A stretch of 64,000 bases of DNA, from positions 1 through 64,000 of the forward strand of contig JAWLBL010000022.1 of assembly GCA_041687695.1 (NCBI GenBank), in the 5' to 3' direction. Shown here piece by piece: positions 28,652 through 41,839 of this stretch (the stretch's first letter is position 1; each line of letters starts with the position of its first letter). The DNA comes from Myxococcota bacterium (GTDB lineage: Bacteria > Myxococcota_A > UBA9042 > PHBI01 > JAWLBL01). The notes under the pieces are model-generated. The model made no database searches. It was not told where the DNA came from and saw only the letters and a list, made by a program, of their open reading frames with translations. A program made the position numbers and the translations under genes.

Positions 28652-29931
28652 TGCTCGGCCTTGCACGTCTGGCCGGCGGGGGCGCAGGTGCCGTCGCCGC
28701 AGTCCGTGAAGGGCAGGTAGTTGCAGACCATGCCCTCGGGGCAGCAGGTCGTGGTGATCTGGCCGTTGTCGCAGATGGGGTCCCACGAGCCGCCGGGGCA
28801 CTCGTCCTTGGGGTCGGCGGGGCACTCGAAGTAGCTGCAGGTGTCGCCACCGCAGTACTGGAGGTTCATTCCGTAGTTGCAGGCCATGCCTTCAGGGCAG
28901 CACAACCAGGTGAGCTTGCCGTTGCCGCAACCCTCCTCCCACGTGCCGTCGCAAGTCTCCTCCCCGGGGCACTCCTCGGGCATGTTCACGCAGGTGCCGT
29001 CACCGCAGTCCTGCGCCAACATGCCGAAGTTGCAGACCGCCCCCTCGGGGCAGCACGCCGGCTGCCAGTGGCCGTCGGTGCAGATCTCGCCCCAGTAGCC
29101 GTCGCACTCGTCGTCCTTGGGGCACTCGTCGGGGTAGCTGACGCAGGTGCCGTCACCGCAGTCGACCAGGGTCATGCCGTAGTTGCAGGCCATGCCCTCG
29201 GGGCAGCACATCGGGGTCACCTGGCCGTCGACGCAGGCGTTCTCCCAGGTGCCGTCGCACTCGTCGTCCTTGGGGCACTCGTCGGGGTAGCTGACGCAGG
29301 TGCCGTCGCCGCAGAGCTGCAGCCCCATCCCGTAGTTGCAGGCCATGCCCTCGGGGCAGCACAGCTCGACCGGCTGACCGTCGACGCAGCCCGTCTCCCA
29401 ATAGCCGCTGCACTCGTCGACGTCGCCCGGCACGTCGTGCGAGACGTCGGGGCCCACGTCGCCCGGCTCGCTCGTGTCCTGCTGGACGTCCGGGACCGCC
29501 ACGTCGGCCGCGTCCCACGCGTCGGCGTCGCCCTCGACCACGTCCTCAGCGTCGCAGGTCTCGGGGTAGTTCTTGCAGCTCCCGTCGTCGCACCACTGCA
29601 CGCCCATGCCGTAGTTGCAGATCATCCCGCCCGGACAGCACACCTGGACGGCCTGCCCGTCCTCGCAGGCGGTCTCCCAGTTGCCGTCGCACTCGCCGAC
29701 GTCGGCGCCCGCGTCGCCCGTCGTGTCGCCCTCGACCGCGTCCTTCTTGGTCTCGACGTCAGTGACCTGGGCGTCCTGCTTGGGCTCGGCCGGGGCCGAC
29801 TCGCAGGCCTGCAGGAACAGCGCGACGGCGACGACGAGCGTGCCCACCAGGGCGCCGAGGCCCGAGCCGCCGACGCAGCCGGCGAGCAGCAGCGACAGAC
29901 CGATCATTCCGAGGACGCCGTACACACGCAT
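28648..29931 (-). CDS. Cys-rich repeat lipoprotein with six CCPxGxxCN[YF] units
   Basis: RBS AGGAG; LLAGC and FLQAC lipobox-like sites; six ~50-aa 8-Cys repeats. Confidence 0.85.
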   Translation of the reverse strand: MRVYGVLGMIGLSLLLAGCVGGSGLGALVGTLVVAVALFLQACESAPAEPKQDAQVTDVETKKDAVEGDTTGDAGADVGECDGNWETACEDGQAVQVCCPGGMICNYGMGVQWCDDGSCKNYPETCDAEDVVEGDADAWDAADVAVPDVQQDTSEPGDVGPDVSHDVPGDVDECSGYWETGCVDGQPVELCCPEGMACNYGMGLQLCGDGTCVSYPDECPKDDECDGTWENACVDGQVTPMCCPEGMACNYGMTLVDCGDGTCVSYPDECPKDDECDGYWGEICTDGHWQPACCPEGAVCNFGMLAQDCGDGTCVNMPEECPGEETCDGTWEEGCGNGKLTWLCCPEGMACNYGMNLQYCGGDTCSYFECPADPKDECPGGSWDPICDNGQITTTCCPEGMVCNYLPFTDCGDGTCAPAGQTCKAEQ

Positions 29932-30083
29932 CGCGCTTCTCCTGACCGGGACGCGCTGCAGTGTGCCGACGGAGGTCCGCGGGGTCAATCGGGGGCGCGT
30001 GGCGCGTGGGGGTCAGGCCTCGCCACGTTCCGTCTTGCCTAGAGCCAAGTGGAAAGTGGCGAGGCCTGCCCCCCCAAGACGGG

Positions 30084-30476
30084 CTACTTGAACGACCGGA
30101 CCTTCTGGACGAGGGCCTGCACGACGGCGGGCTTGTCCTTGAGGTCGGGGTTGGGGGGCATCAGCGCGGACAGGCCCACGGCGGGGCCGCCCTCGACGAT
30201 GATCTTGGCCAGGTGGTCGTCGGTGACCTTGGCCTGCCAGTCGGCGTCCGAGAAGGAGCGCGGCTTGGGGTCGAGCGAGGCCGCGGCGGCCCCGTCACCC
30301 TTGCCGCCCGTGCCGTGGCAGGACGCGCAGAGGGTGGTCCACTTGGAGTCGGCCTCGGCCTGGGCCTTGGGGTCGATCTGGACCTTGGCCGCTTCGCCGC
30401 CGCCCTCTTCCTTCTTGCTGCAGCCGGGCGCGAGCAGGGGTACGGCCAGCAGGCTGGCCAGGATGAGTCTACGCAT
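30084..30476 (-). CDS. Monoheme c-type cytochrome lipoprotein
   Basis: Lipobox APGC; CASCH; distal MP. Confidence 0.9.
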   Translation of the reverse strand: MRRLILASLLAVPLLAPGCSKKEEGGGEAAKVQIDPKAQAEADSKWTTLCASCHGTGGKGDGAAAASLDPKPRSFSDADWQAKVTDDHLAKIIVEGGPAVGLSALMPPNPDLKDKPAVVQALVQKVRSFK

Positions 30477-30506
30477 GGGGCCTCCTTGGGAGGGGACGCT
30501 TGGGGG

Positions 30507-33022
<2,516 letters not shown>

Positions 33023-33026
<4 letters not shown>

Positions 33027-33763
33027 CGGTGGTGCGGGCCTTCGGGCGCCGGGGTCGGGGCGTCCTGGCAGCAGGCGGGCTTGGCGGGGGAGCCGTCCAG
33101 CGAGGGCATGGGCATGCGGCCGGTCAGGGCCAGGACCCCGACGGCCAGCATGGCGATCGCCAGAGCGCGCGGGGCGTAGGGGCCCAGGAGGCGGCTGAGG
33201 CCGCCGGCGGCGAGGCCGGTCGCGGCGAGGATGGGGACCGTGCCCAGCCAGAAGGCGCCCATGGTGGCGGCGCCCCAGACGGGGCTGGCGGAGGCGCCGG
33301 CGATGGCGACGAAGCCCCAGAGCCAGCCGCAGGGGAGCAGGGCCGACAGCAGGCCGACGGCGAAGGTGCCGGTGGCGTCCTTGCGGCGGTAGAGGGCGCC
33401 CAGCGCGCGGCGCAGGCGGGGGGCCAGGGCGCGCGAGGGGGCGGTGGGCGACAGGCGCAGGCGGCGGGTCAGGCCCAGCGCGGACAGGGCCATCAGGATG
33501 AGGACGACGCCCATGAGGACGGCGGCGGCGCGCTGCACACCCAGAAAGGCTTCGGCGGCGCCGTCGATCGCCTGTCCGGCGGCGCCGGCGAGCAGGCCCA
33601 GGGTCAAATAGCTGAGGAGGCGGCCGCCGTTGTAGGCGGCGAGGGGCAGCAGCAGGCCGGCGCCGCGACGCGGTCCGCCGCAGGCGAGGACGAAGGGCCC
33701 GCACATGCCGGCGCAGTGCACCGAGCCGAGCAGGCTCATGGTGAGGACGGCGACGAGGGTCAC
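33023..33763 (-). CDS. DsbD_2 / TauE-SafE-like membrane protein of cbb3 clusters
   Basis: GSVHCAGMCGP, YN.GR..SY, LLPCG, FWLGT.P. Confidence 0.9.
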
Positions 33764-33984
33764 GGGGACTCCGGGGTGGGCGCCGCGGCGGGGGCGGCGG
33801 CGTCCGGGGCGGGCTCGGCGGGCGCGGCGCTGGGGATGGGCGGGCGCTCGACCATCACCGGCGGGTTGCGCTGGGCGATGATCAGCATGGTCACGTTGGC
33901 GACGACCACCGTGAGCAGGAGCGCCACGATGCCGAGCGGCCAGGGGTTGAAGCGGGGTTTGTCGGCGTTGTGCTGATGGGTCAT
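33760..33984 (-). CDS. Short FixH/CcoH-like membrane protein
   Basis: PWPLGIV single transmembrane helix, directly after ccoG. Confidence 0.6.
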   Translation of the reverse strand: MTHQHNADKPRFNPWPLGIVALLLTVVVANVTMLIIAQRNPPVMVERPPIPSAAPAEPAPDAAAPAAAPTPESP

Positions 33985-35360
33985 GGGGCCCCCGTGGGCG
34001 GCGAGACGAACTGGAAGTCGAGGACCTGGGCCCAGCCGGCGTCGTCGGCGACGCGGACCTTGAACGGGGACTGGCCGTCGGGGTCGCGCGGATCGGGCTG
34101 CAGGATGAAGACCGGGGCGCGCTCGACGGCGCCGCCCGCGACCGGGTAGGGCGAGATGGGCATGACGAGCTGGGCGCTGGCGGGTTCGAGCAGCTCGACG
34201 GTGAAGGCGCGGGTGTCGTCGCTCTTGTTGGCGACGCGCAGCATCAGCGCGTTCTGGACGCGGCCGTCCTGGAGGGTGGTGTAGGGCTCGCCACCGGCGC
34301 GGGTCAGGCGCACCTCGACGTCCTGGCGGGCGCTGATGGTCAGGGCGGCGGCCACGACCACGACGCCGAGGGCGAAGGCGTAGGCGAGGACGCGCGGGCG
34401 CAGGATGCGGGTCTTCTGGCCCTCGAGGGCGTTGAGCGACGTGTAGCCGATGAGGCCACGCGGGCGGCCGAGCTTGTCCATGACGCTGTCGCAGGCGTCG
34501 ATGCAGGCGGCGCAGTTGACGCACTCCATCTGCGCGCCCTTGCGGATGTCGATGCCGGTCGGGCAGACCTGCACGCACAGGGTGCAGTCGACGCAGTCGC
34601 CGACGCCCTCGGCGCTCTTCTTGCCGCGCGGCTCGCCCCGGCGCGCGTCGTAGCCGATGGTCAGGCTGTTGGGGTCCATCAGGACCGACTGGAAGCGGCC
34701 GTAGGGGCAGACGACGACGCAGGTCTGCTCTCGGAACCAGGCGAAGTCGAAGAAGAGCAGCCCGGTGATGAGCAGGAAGGTCAGGGTCCCTGCCGGGTGG
34801 CTGGTGGGCGAGAACTGCGCCTCGAGGACCCCGTCGCGACCCAGGAAGTAGGCCGTGAAGGTGGTCGCGATGGCGCCCGCGACGACCAGGAAGGCGCCCC
34901 ACACGGCGCCCTGGCGCGCCACCTTGCCGGCGGTCCAGGGCGCGGCGTCGAAGCGGCGGCGGGCCTGGGGCTTGCCCAGGACGAGCCGCTCGATGGGGCG
35001 GATGACCGACTCGAGGAAGACGGTCTGGGGGCAGGCCCAGCCGCACCAGACGCGGCCGGCGACGGCCGTGAAGAGGAAGACCGAGAAGATGAGCAGGCCG
35101 AAGGCGAACAGGCCGTAGAAGCCGTCGGTCGCGAAGAGCTGCAGGCCGAAGAAGTAGGCGCGGCGGGCCGGGATGTCGAAGCGGATGGCCGGGTGGCCGG
35201 CGATGTCGACCCAGGGCGCGGCCAGCAGGATGACGACCAGGGCCCAGTGCACGGCCGTGCGGGCCTTCATGAAGCGGCCGAGGATCCAGCTGGGGTAGAG
35301 TTTGACCTTGCGGCCGCCCTCTCCGATGGTGCTGACCGTGTCGTTTTCCGCGAGGGGCAT
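33981..35360 (-). CDS. ccoG: Cytochrome c oxidase accessory protein CcoG/FixG
   Basis: GRVWCGWACPQT, CPYGRFQS, CVDCTLCVQVCPTGIDIR, CVNCAACIDAC. Confidence 0.95.
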   Translation of the reverse strand: MPLAENDTVSTIGEGGRKVKLYPSWILGRFMKARTAVHWALVVILLAAPWVDIAGHPAIRFDIPARRAYFFGLQLFATDGFYGLFAFGLLIFSVFLFTAVAGRVWCGWACPQTVFLESVIRPIERLVLGKPQARRRFDAAPWTAGKVARQGAVWGAFLVVAGAIATTFTAYFLGRDGVLEAQFSPTSHPAGTLTFLLITGLLFFDFAWFREQTCVVVCPYGRFQSVLMDPNSLTIGYDARRGEPRGKKSAEGVGDCVDCTLCVQVCPTGIDIRKGAQMECVNCAACIDACDSVMDKLGRPRGLIGYTSLNALEGQKTRILRPRVLAYAFALGVVVVAAALTISARQDVEVRLTRAGGEPYTTLQDGRVQNALMLRVANKSDDTRAFTVELLEPASAQLVMPISPYPVAGGAVERAPVFILQPDPRDPDGQSPFKVRVADDAGWAQVLDFQFVSPPTGAP

Positions 35361-35540
35361 CCGTGAGCTCCCGGGGCGCCGCCTCCGGTGGGGCGCCTCC
35401 GTGGGAGCGTCAGGGCAAGAGTCGGGCCAACTCGCGCAGGGGGGCCGGGGCCGCGGCCGCGCTGGGGATCGGGCGCCCCGCCGCGCGGCGCGCGGAGGCG
35501 CTGGCGCGGGTGGGTGTGTGATAACCCACGCCGCGCTGTG

Positions 35541-36416
35541 TCAGAGGGCGCGGCTCCACACGTTCATGTCCTCGAGGCCGTCGCCGATGCGACACGAGCG
35601 GGTCATGACGCCGCGGTGGACGAAGCCGAGGCGCTTGAAGGCCAGGTTGACGCCGGGGACGCGGGCGCGCGCGAGGGTGAAGGCGGTCGGGTAGCCGAGG
35701 GCGCGCAGATCGTCCATGAGGTCCGCGAGGACGGCCTGCATGAGGCCGCGGCCGCGGTGGCTGGGGCGGGTGGCGCAGTCGGTCAGCTCGGCGGTGCGGG
35801 CCTCGGGGACGAGGTCGGCCGAGGCGCAGGCGACGACCTCGCCCGCGTCGACGACGCAGCGGAAGGGCGTGCCCTCGGCGATGGCCTGGGCGAGGTAGGC
35901 GGGGTCGTCGCTGGGGGTCGGGTACTCGGCGAAGGTGTCGCCGATGAGGCGGGCGAGGCGCGGGGCGTCGGCGCGTGCGGCGCGGCGGGTGCGGGGGAGG
36001 TTGGGGCGCACGCCGGTCGCCTTGCGCGCCACGATGGCCGAGGAGCGGGCGACCTCCTTGGGGTTGGCGAGGTGGGCGCGGGCGGGGTCGAGGGCGGCGC
36101 CCATGACGACGCAGTCGTGCTGGCCGGCGTAGAAGCCGGGCATGCGGGCCTCGGTGGTGAGGCCGGCGGCCTCGAGGCCGGCCTGGAGGCGGGCGCGGGC
36201 GAGGACGACGACGCGGCCGCGGCCGCGGGCGCGGGCGGTGGCGAGCAGGGCCTGGCCGAGGGCGTGGCCGTCGGTGGTGGCGGGGTGGTCGCAGCGGACG
36301 CGGTCGGAGTAGGCGTCGTCGAGGGCGACGATCGAGGCGGCGTCGGGGAGGGCGAGGGCAACGCGGCGCGGCTTGGCGGGTGCGAGGGGGAGCGCGGGGG
36401 ACGGATCGAGGACCAT
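35541..36416 (-). CDS. GNAT acetyltransferase, beta-lysine N-acetyltransferase (AblB)-like
   Basis: F..YP.P..DP.Y, AELTDCAT.P.HRGRGLM, TLARA..G.N..F, LEDMNVW. Confidence 0.8.
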   Translation of the reverse strand: MVLDPSPALPLAPAKPRRVALALPDAASIVALDDAYSDRVRCDHPATTDGHALGQALLATARARGRGRVVVLARARLQAGLEAAGLTTEARMPGFYAGQHDCVVMGAALDPARAHLANPKEVARSSAIVARKATGVRPNLPRTRRAARADAPRLARLIGDTFAEYPTPSDDPAYLAQAIAEGTPFRCVVDAGEVVACASADLVPEARTAELTDCATRPSHRGRGLMQAVLADLMDDLRALGYPTAFTLARARVPGVNLAFKRLGFVHRGVMTRSCRIGDGLEDMNVWSRAL

Positions 36417-36770
36417 GGGGGCTCCGGGCGGCAAAGCGGGCGAGCCCGGCGGCGCCGTGCGGCGCGGTCGGGCGGTCGGAGGCGGTGCGTGGGACCCGAT
36501 GGGTCTCGCCCGTGGGCGGCGCTGTCGGCCGCGGCGAGGTCGGGGGGCCCACGCGGATGTGAGGCTGCTCGTGCCCTAAAGGGTCGGGGAGGGGGTGTCA
36601 AGGACGCAGGTCGGTGAGGGCGGGGTGTCAAGGAGGTGGTCAGGGGGATGGCGAGCGGGTCGACGATAGGGACAGGCGGGGGGGCGGGGAGCGCCAGGCG
36701 CGGCGCGGAGGCGGGCGCGGGAACGCGGCTTGCAGGGCGGAGGGACAGGCGCGAACGGTGGAGGTGGGTG

Positions 36771-37310
36771 ATGCGTGTCGGGTGGCTGGTCGGGTGCTTG
36801 GCGGTGCTTGCGAGCGGGTGCGACGGCGACGACGGGGAGGGGCCGCCGGTCGACGAGGTCGAGGTCGTGTCCGCAGGGAGCTGCGAGGTGGAGGCGGGCG
36901 AGGCCGTGGCGTTCGAGACCGTGCTGAGCGCGCGCTACGGGTGCGCGCCGCCGGCGGCGCCGACCTCAGAGGTGATCACGACCGAGGCGCGCTGGGTGGA
37001 GTGGCGCGACGAGGCCGACGGGTGCCTGGACGAGGGCGTCGAGCTCGGCGAGGTCGACTTCGCGACGTCGACGGTGCTGGTCGCGGGCGCTGGGGCGTTC
37101 GCGACCAGCGGGTTCACGGTGCACGACGTGAGCGTGGCCGCGGGGCCGGGGGGCGCGCACCTCGAGGCGGTGTTCACGGACCCCTACGGGGCCTGCGAGA
37201 CGCAGCCGGGGATGGCCGAGGCGTGGGTGGTGGCGGTCGCCGTGGCGACGGCCGACGCCGGGGCGCCGACCGTGTGCCGGAGGACGCGGCGTGTGTGCGG
37301 CTCGGAGTGA
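36771..37310 (+). CDS. Lipoprotein, PrcB C-terminal-like
   Basis: Lipobox ASGC; EVDFATSTVLVAGAG...SGFTV resembles PrcB_C. Confidence 0.6.
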   Translation: MRVGWLVGCLAVLASGCDGDDGEGPPVDEVEVVSAGSCEVEAGEAVAFETVLSARYGCAPPAAPTSEVITTEARWVEWRDEADGCLDEGVELGEVDFATSTVLVAGAGAFATSGFTVHDVSVAAGPGGAHLEAVFTDPYGACETQPGMAEAWVVAVAVATADAGAPTVCRRTRRVCGSE

Positions 37311-38894
37311 TCAGCCGGCCGGGGTGAAGGTCAGCGGGGCGTCGGGGCCGAGGGGCAGGCCGAGCAGGACCCAGGCCACCAGCATGACGGTCCAGGCGAG
37401 CATGAAGGCGACCGAGTAGGGGACCATGGCGGCGATGAGGGTGCCGAGGCCGGCCTTGCGGTCGTACTTCTGGGCGAAGGCGATGATGATGGGGAAGTAG
37501 GGCAGCAGCGGCGTGATGATGTTGGTGATGGAGTCGCCGATGCGGTAGGCGACCTGGACCGACTCGGGGGAGTAGCCCATCAGCATCAGCATCGGGACGA
37601 AGACGGGCGCCATGATGGCCCACTTGGCCGAGGCGCTGCCGATGAACAGGTTGAGGATGGACGAGACGAGGATGAAGCCGATGAGCAGGGCGATGCCGGT
37701 GAGGCCGGTCGCCTGCAGGGCCTCGGCGCCGTTGACGGCGAAGATGAGGCCCAGGTTGGACCAGCCGAACCAGGCGACGAACTGGGCGGCGACGAAGGCG
37801 AGGACGATGTAGGCGCCCATGGTGGCCATGGTGTCGCCGGTCATCGTCTCGACGGCCTTGTCGCTGCGGATGGTGCCCGCGACCATGCCGTAGGCGAGGC
37901 CGGGCAGCAGGAAGACGATCATGATGAGGGGGACGAGGCTCTTGTAGAAGGGCTCGGGGCCGCCGTCGTCGCCGCGGAGGACGCCGTCCGTGGGGACGGC
38001 CAGCAGGGCGACCAGGCCGAGGGACAGGAGGAAGGTCGCGGCGGCGGCCCACAGGCCCTTGCGCTCGGCGGGGGTCAGAGGGGCCGTGGCGTCGGAGGTG
38101 GCGGCGTCGGTCGTGTCCGTGTCGGGGGCGTCGGGGTCGGGGCGCCAGGGGCCGAGGCGGGGCTCGACGATGCGGGTGGTGACGAAGGCGCCGACGAAGG
38201 TGACGAGGAAGACCGAGGCGACCATGAAGTAGTAGTTGGCGGTCGGGGCGACCAGGTAGTCGGGGGCGACGACCTGGGCGGCCGACTGGGTGAAGCCGGC
38301 GAGCAGCGGGTCGAGGGAGGTGAGGAGGAGGTTGGCGCTGAAGCCGCCGGAGACGCCCGCGAAGGCGGCGGCGAGGCCGGCCAGCGGGTGGCGGCCGACG
38401 CCCGCGAAGATGACGGCGCCGAGCGGGGTGAGGACGACGTAGCCGGCGTCGGCGGCCATGCTGCTCATGACGCCGGCGAAGACGAGGGTGGCCGTGAGGG
38501 CGACCTTGGGGACGGCGCCGACCAGCTGCTTCAGGGCGGCGGCGACCAGGCCGCTGCGCTCGGCGACGCCGATGCCGATCATGGCGACGAGGACGGTGCC
38601 GAGGGGCGGGAAGGCGGTGAAGTTGCCGACGGCCTCGGTGAACATGCGGCGCAGGCCGGCGGCGTCGAGGAGGTTGACCGCCTCGATGGTCTTGCCGGTG
38701 CCCGGGTGGACGACCGACAGCTCGAGGAGCGAGGCGACCCAGGAGGCGATGGCGACGACGCCGCAGAAGATGGCGAAGAGGGTCAGCGGGGCCGGCAGGC
38801 GGTTGCCGACGCGCTCGACGCGATCGAGCAGGCGCATCAGCCGTGAGGACGGCTGCGGCGTCGCGGGTGAGGGCGCGGACGGGGAGGCGGACAT
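37311..38894 (-). CDS. abgT: AbgT family transporter
   Basis: ERVGNRLP.P, NFTAFPPLG, GVSGGFSAN, GSASAKWA, YRIGDS.TN. Confidence 0.92.
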   Translation of the reverse strand: MSASPSAPSPATPQPSSRLMRLLDRVERVGNRLPAPLTLFAIFCGVVAIASWVASLLELSVVHPGTGKTIEAVNLLDAAGLRRMFTEAVGNFTAFPPLGTVLVAMIGIGVAERSGLVAAALKQLVGAVPKVALTATLVFAGVMSSMAADAGYVVLTPLGAVIFAGVGRHPLAGLAAAFAGVSGGFSANLLLTSLDPLLAGFTQSAAQVVAPDYLVAPTANYYFMVASVFLVTFVGAFVTTRIVEPRLGPWRPDPDAPDTDTTDAATSDATAPLTPAERKGLWAAAATFLLSLGLVALLAVPTDGVLRGDDGGPEPFYKSLVPLIMIVFLLPGLAYGMVAGTIRSDKAVETMTGDTMATMGAYIVLAFVAAQFVAWFGWSNLGLIFAVNGAEALQATGLTGIALLIGFILVSSILNLFIGSASAKWAIMAPVFVPMLMLMGYSPESVQVAYRIGDSITNIITPLLPYFPIIIAFAQKYDRKAGLGTLIAAMVPYSVAFMLAWTVMLVAWVLLGLPLGPDAPLTFTPAG

Positions 38895-38970
38895 GGGGGC
38901 TCCTGGGCGAAAACGCTCGGGAGCTTAGCCCCATGGGGCGGGGCGGCCAAGTGGACGCGGGGAGGCGGCC

Positions 38971-41031
38971 TCAGACCCAGTTGTCGGGGACGGCGGCGGG
39001 GTCGAGGTCGCGCAGGATGCCGACGAGCAGCGTGTAGGCCGGGTCGTCGGCCGCGCCCGGGTAAGCGGCGATCTGGGCCAGGGCGGCGTCGCGGGTCAGG
39101 GCGTCGAACCGGGGCATCGTCGCGTCGACGCGCTTGTACGCGGCCTCGAGGGCGGGGCCGTGGGTCGCCATGAAGTGCTTGGTCAGCGTCGGCCAGTAGC
39201 GCAGGTACAGCGTGCGCTTCATGGCCAGCTCGTACTTGGCCAGCTCGCCGCCCAGGCGATGGCCGAAGTTGCCGGTCAGGGCCTGCAGCTGCGTGTAGAG
39301 CGTGTCCAGCTCGGGCTTGACGATCTTGCCCTGGTCGTAGGCGGCGTAGAAGTGGGCGAGGCCCGAGTCGACCGTGGCCTTGAGCGTGGCGAAGTCCTGC
39401 TGGGCCTCGGGCGAGGCGGTCTCGTAGGACTCGGCGCCGTCGGGCGCCTTGGTCCACACGGCGATGTTCTGGTCGCGCTTGCCGGACTGACCGGCGATCT
39501 GCTCGCGCTTGCCCTGGAGCTTTTCGGGGTCGAGGTCGCCGCGGGTCACGTCGACCCAGCCGCCGATGTGCTCGAGCGCGCCCGTCGCCGCCGAAGGCGA
39601 GTAGCCGACGTAGGCCCAGATGCTCTTCACGTTGGGGAAGATGGCCTTGTACTGGTCGAGCTTGCGGCTCTGGCCGGTGTTGCAGGCCGACAGCATGAGG
39701 TCCTCGACCTGGCCGACCGCCATCGGGAAGATCTTGCCGAGGTCCTGCAGGTGATCGAACGACAGCGAGCCGTTGTCGTCGCCCCAGATGGACCAGCCGC
39801 CGCTGTGACCCGACAGGACGACGCGCTTGATGAGGCGTTGGCCGGTCTCGGCCTCGTTGAGCACCTGCGCGAGCTGCGCCACCTCGTCCATCGCCGAGGC
39901 GCCGGCCCGCTTGATGAAGGCCTCGAGCAGCGCCGAGCGCTCGGGCGACAGGTTCGGGATGGAAGCCAGCCAGGCGGTCAGGCCCTCGTCGGTCTGGAGG
40001 TCGACCGTCTGGCCGCCCACCTTGGCCGTGTCCTGCTTGGTCGCGCCGACGACCGAGGTCACCTTGGCCGAGCCGGCCTTGGACTCGAGCGTCTTCTTCT
40101 CGAGGTGCTTGGACGACGGGTTCAACCCCACGTACAGGATGTCGTCGCTCTTGACGTTGGCTTCGAGGCCCGCGCCGCCGGGCGATTGGCTGAGCCACTG
40201 CAACGTGATGTTGCCGACCTTGCCGTCGGCGTCGAGGCCCTTGGCGGCCTGCCAGGCGGCGATCTTCTCGACCAGCTCCGCGCCCAGCGACGCGCCGCTG
40301 GCGCCGACCACCGCGGCGATCTGGGCCCAGATCTCGGCCGAGTGGCGGCGGGACTCGTTGTAGCGCACCGCCGAAGCCACCTGCGCCGAGGTCAGCGTCC
40401 CGGGCGCCGCCGTGGCCCCGTCGTTGCGCATCTGGACCGCGCCGCCGGCGCCCCCCACGTCCGACGCCCCGACCTGCGCGTCGAGCAGATCCTGCGCCGA
40501 CTGCCCCGACACGACCCGCTGGGCCACCGCGTCGGCGTGCTGCTCGTAGCGGTCGCCCTCGGCGCCGACGCCGCCCGGGACGCTGACGCCCGCGCGCTGC
40601 TGCACGACGTGCGCCGCCTCGTGGGCCGCCGTGAACAGATCCGGCGCGCCCGCAAAGGCGATGGTGTCGCCGGTGGCGTAGGCCTGCGCGCCCATCGCGT
40701 CCGCCGCCTGGGCCGCCTGCGCGCCCGTGTGCGCCTGTACGCCGCTGACGTCGTGCGCGCCGAAGGCCTGCTGGATGCGGTCGAGGTGCGGGAGCGCGCC
40801 ACCCGAGCCCGCGACGCCCTGTCGCGCCAGCGCGGCCGTCGCCTCGGGCCCGGCCTTGGCGCCGGCCGCCGCCCGCATCATGACGGGCTGGTGAGCCGGA
40901 GACAGCGCGCGCACCTGCTCGGCGTAGGGCTTCCCGGCCAGATCACGCCGCGCGGCTCGATCGGGACGGGCCGCGCCGGGGGCGGCGTCCTCGAGGCGCT
41001 GCGGGTCACGCACGTCGGTCACTTTCGGCAT
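38971..41031 (-). CDS. DUF4157 protein with peptidoglycan-binding-like and caspase-fold-like domains
   Basis: [40 protein letters not shown] and DLMLSACNT His/Cys pair. Confidence 0.75.
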   Translation of the reverse strand: MPKVTDVRDPQRLEDAAPGAARPDRAARRDLAGKPYAEQVRALSPAHQPVMMRAAAGAKAGPEATAALARQGVAGSGGALPHLDRIQQAFGAHDVSGVQAHTGAQAAQAADAMGAQAYATGDTIAFAGAPDLFTAAHEAAHVVQQRAGVSVPGGVGAEGDRYEQHADAVAQRVVSGQSAQDLLDAQVGASDVGGAGGAVQMRNDGATAAPGTLTSAQVASAVRYNESRRHSAEIWAQIAAVVGASGASLGAELVEKIAAWQAAKGLDADGKVGNITLQWLSQSPGGAGLEANVKSDDILYVGLNPSSKHLEKKTLESKAGSAKVTSVVGATKQDTAKVGGQTVDLQTDEGLTAWLASIPNLSPERSALLEAFIKRAGASAMDEVAQLAQVLNEAETGQRLIKRVVLSGHSGGWSIWGDDNGSLSFDHLQDLGKIFPMAVGQVEDLMLSACNTGQSRKLDQYKAIFPNVKSIWAYVGYSPSAATGALEHIGGWVDVTRGDLDPEKLQGKREQIAGQSGKRDQNIAVWTKAPDGAESYETASPEAQQDFATLKATVDSGLAHFYAAYDQGKIVKPELDTLYTQLQALTGNFGHRLGGELAKYELAMKRTLYLRYWPTLTKHFMATHGPALEAAYKRVDATMPRFDALTRDAALAQIAAYPGAADDPAYTLLVGILRDLDPAAVPDNWV

Positions 41032-41150
41032 TCGCGCACTCTAACGCGCGCGCATGTGCGTCCGCAACGGGTTCGTCGCATGAGCGTCCGCATCCGGGTT
41101 CGTGAAGTGCCTGGTGGCGGCGCGGGTCCGGGCCGGCTAGGATGCGGCCG

Positions 41151-41789
41151 ATGCGACTGTCGATCCTCGCCTTGGCGCTCGTGCTGCTGACCACCGCCCC
41201 CGTCCGCGCCGAGCCGCCGCCCGCCGCCCCCGATCCCGCGCCCAAGCCGCCGCCCGTGACGGTGCAGCTGGAAGTGACGCAGCCGCTGAGCCTGGTCGAG
41301 TGGGTCGCGCCCGGCCAGAAGACCGGGTCCGTCTCGCTCGACGGCGAGGTGCGCGTGCGCATCGCCAATCCCGGCACGACGCCGGTGCCGATCCAGTGGC
41401 TCGAGGTGCACGGGCTGGTCTTCGTCGACGCCGCGTCCGGCCGCGAGCACGTCGTCGTGCACCCGTGCCAGTGCGTCAAGGACGCGACCGGTCCCCTCGA
41501 GGCCACGCGCGTCGTGCCGCCCGGCGGCGAGCAGGTCCTGACGCTGGACGAGTGGGGCTGCAGCTCGACCTGGACGCCCCCGCCACCGGGTCGGTATGCC
41601 GTGCGTTATCGTGTGTCATCTCCGCAGGGGGCCGCGCGCCGCCCGGAGGATCGCTCGCGCCCGCCCAACGAGCTGGTGCAGGCCTGTCGTGCGCGCCTGG
41701 CCGCGCCCGAGACGTGGGCGGCCGCGGCGATCTCGGCGCCGGTCGAGGTGACGCTGCGCAAGCCCAAGCGCCAGCGAATCTCCGAGTAG
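41151..41789 (+). CDS. Hypothetical exported protein
   Basis: Signal peptide MRLSILALALVLLTTAPVRA; four Cys. Confidence 0.7.
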   Translation: MRLSILALALVLLTTAPVRAEPPPAAPDPAPKPPPVTVQLEVTQPLSLVEWVAPGQKTGSVSLDGEVRVRIANPGTTPVPIQWLEVHGLVFVDAASGREHVVVHPCQCVKDATGPLEATRVVPPGGEQVLTLDEWGCSSTWTPPPPGRYAVRYRVSSPQGAARRPEDRSRPPNELVQACRARLAAPETWAAAAISAPVEVTLRKPKRQRISE

Positions 41790-41839
41790 CGCCCGACTCG
41801 GCTCGACGTGATCGGGCGGACGAGGCAACATCCGGCGCC

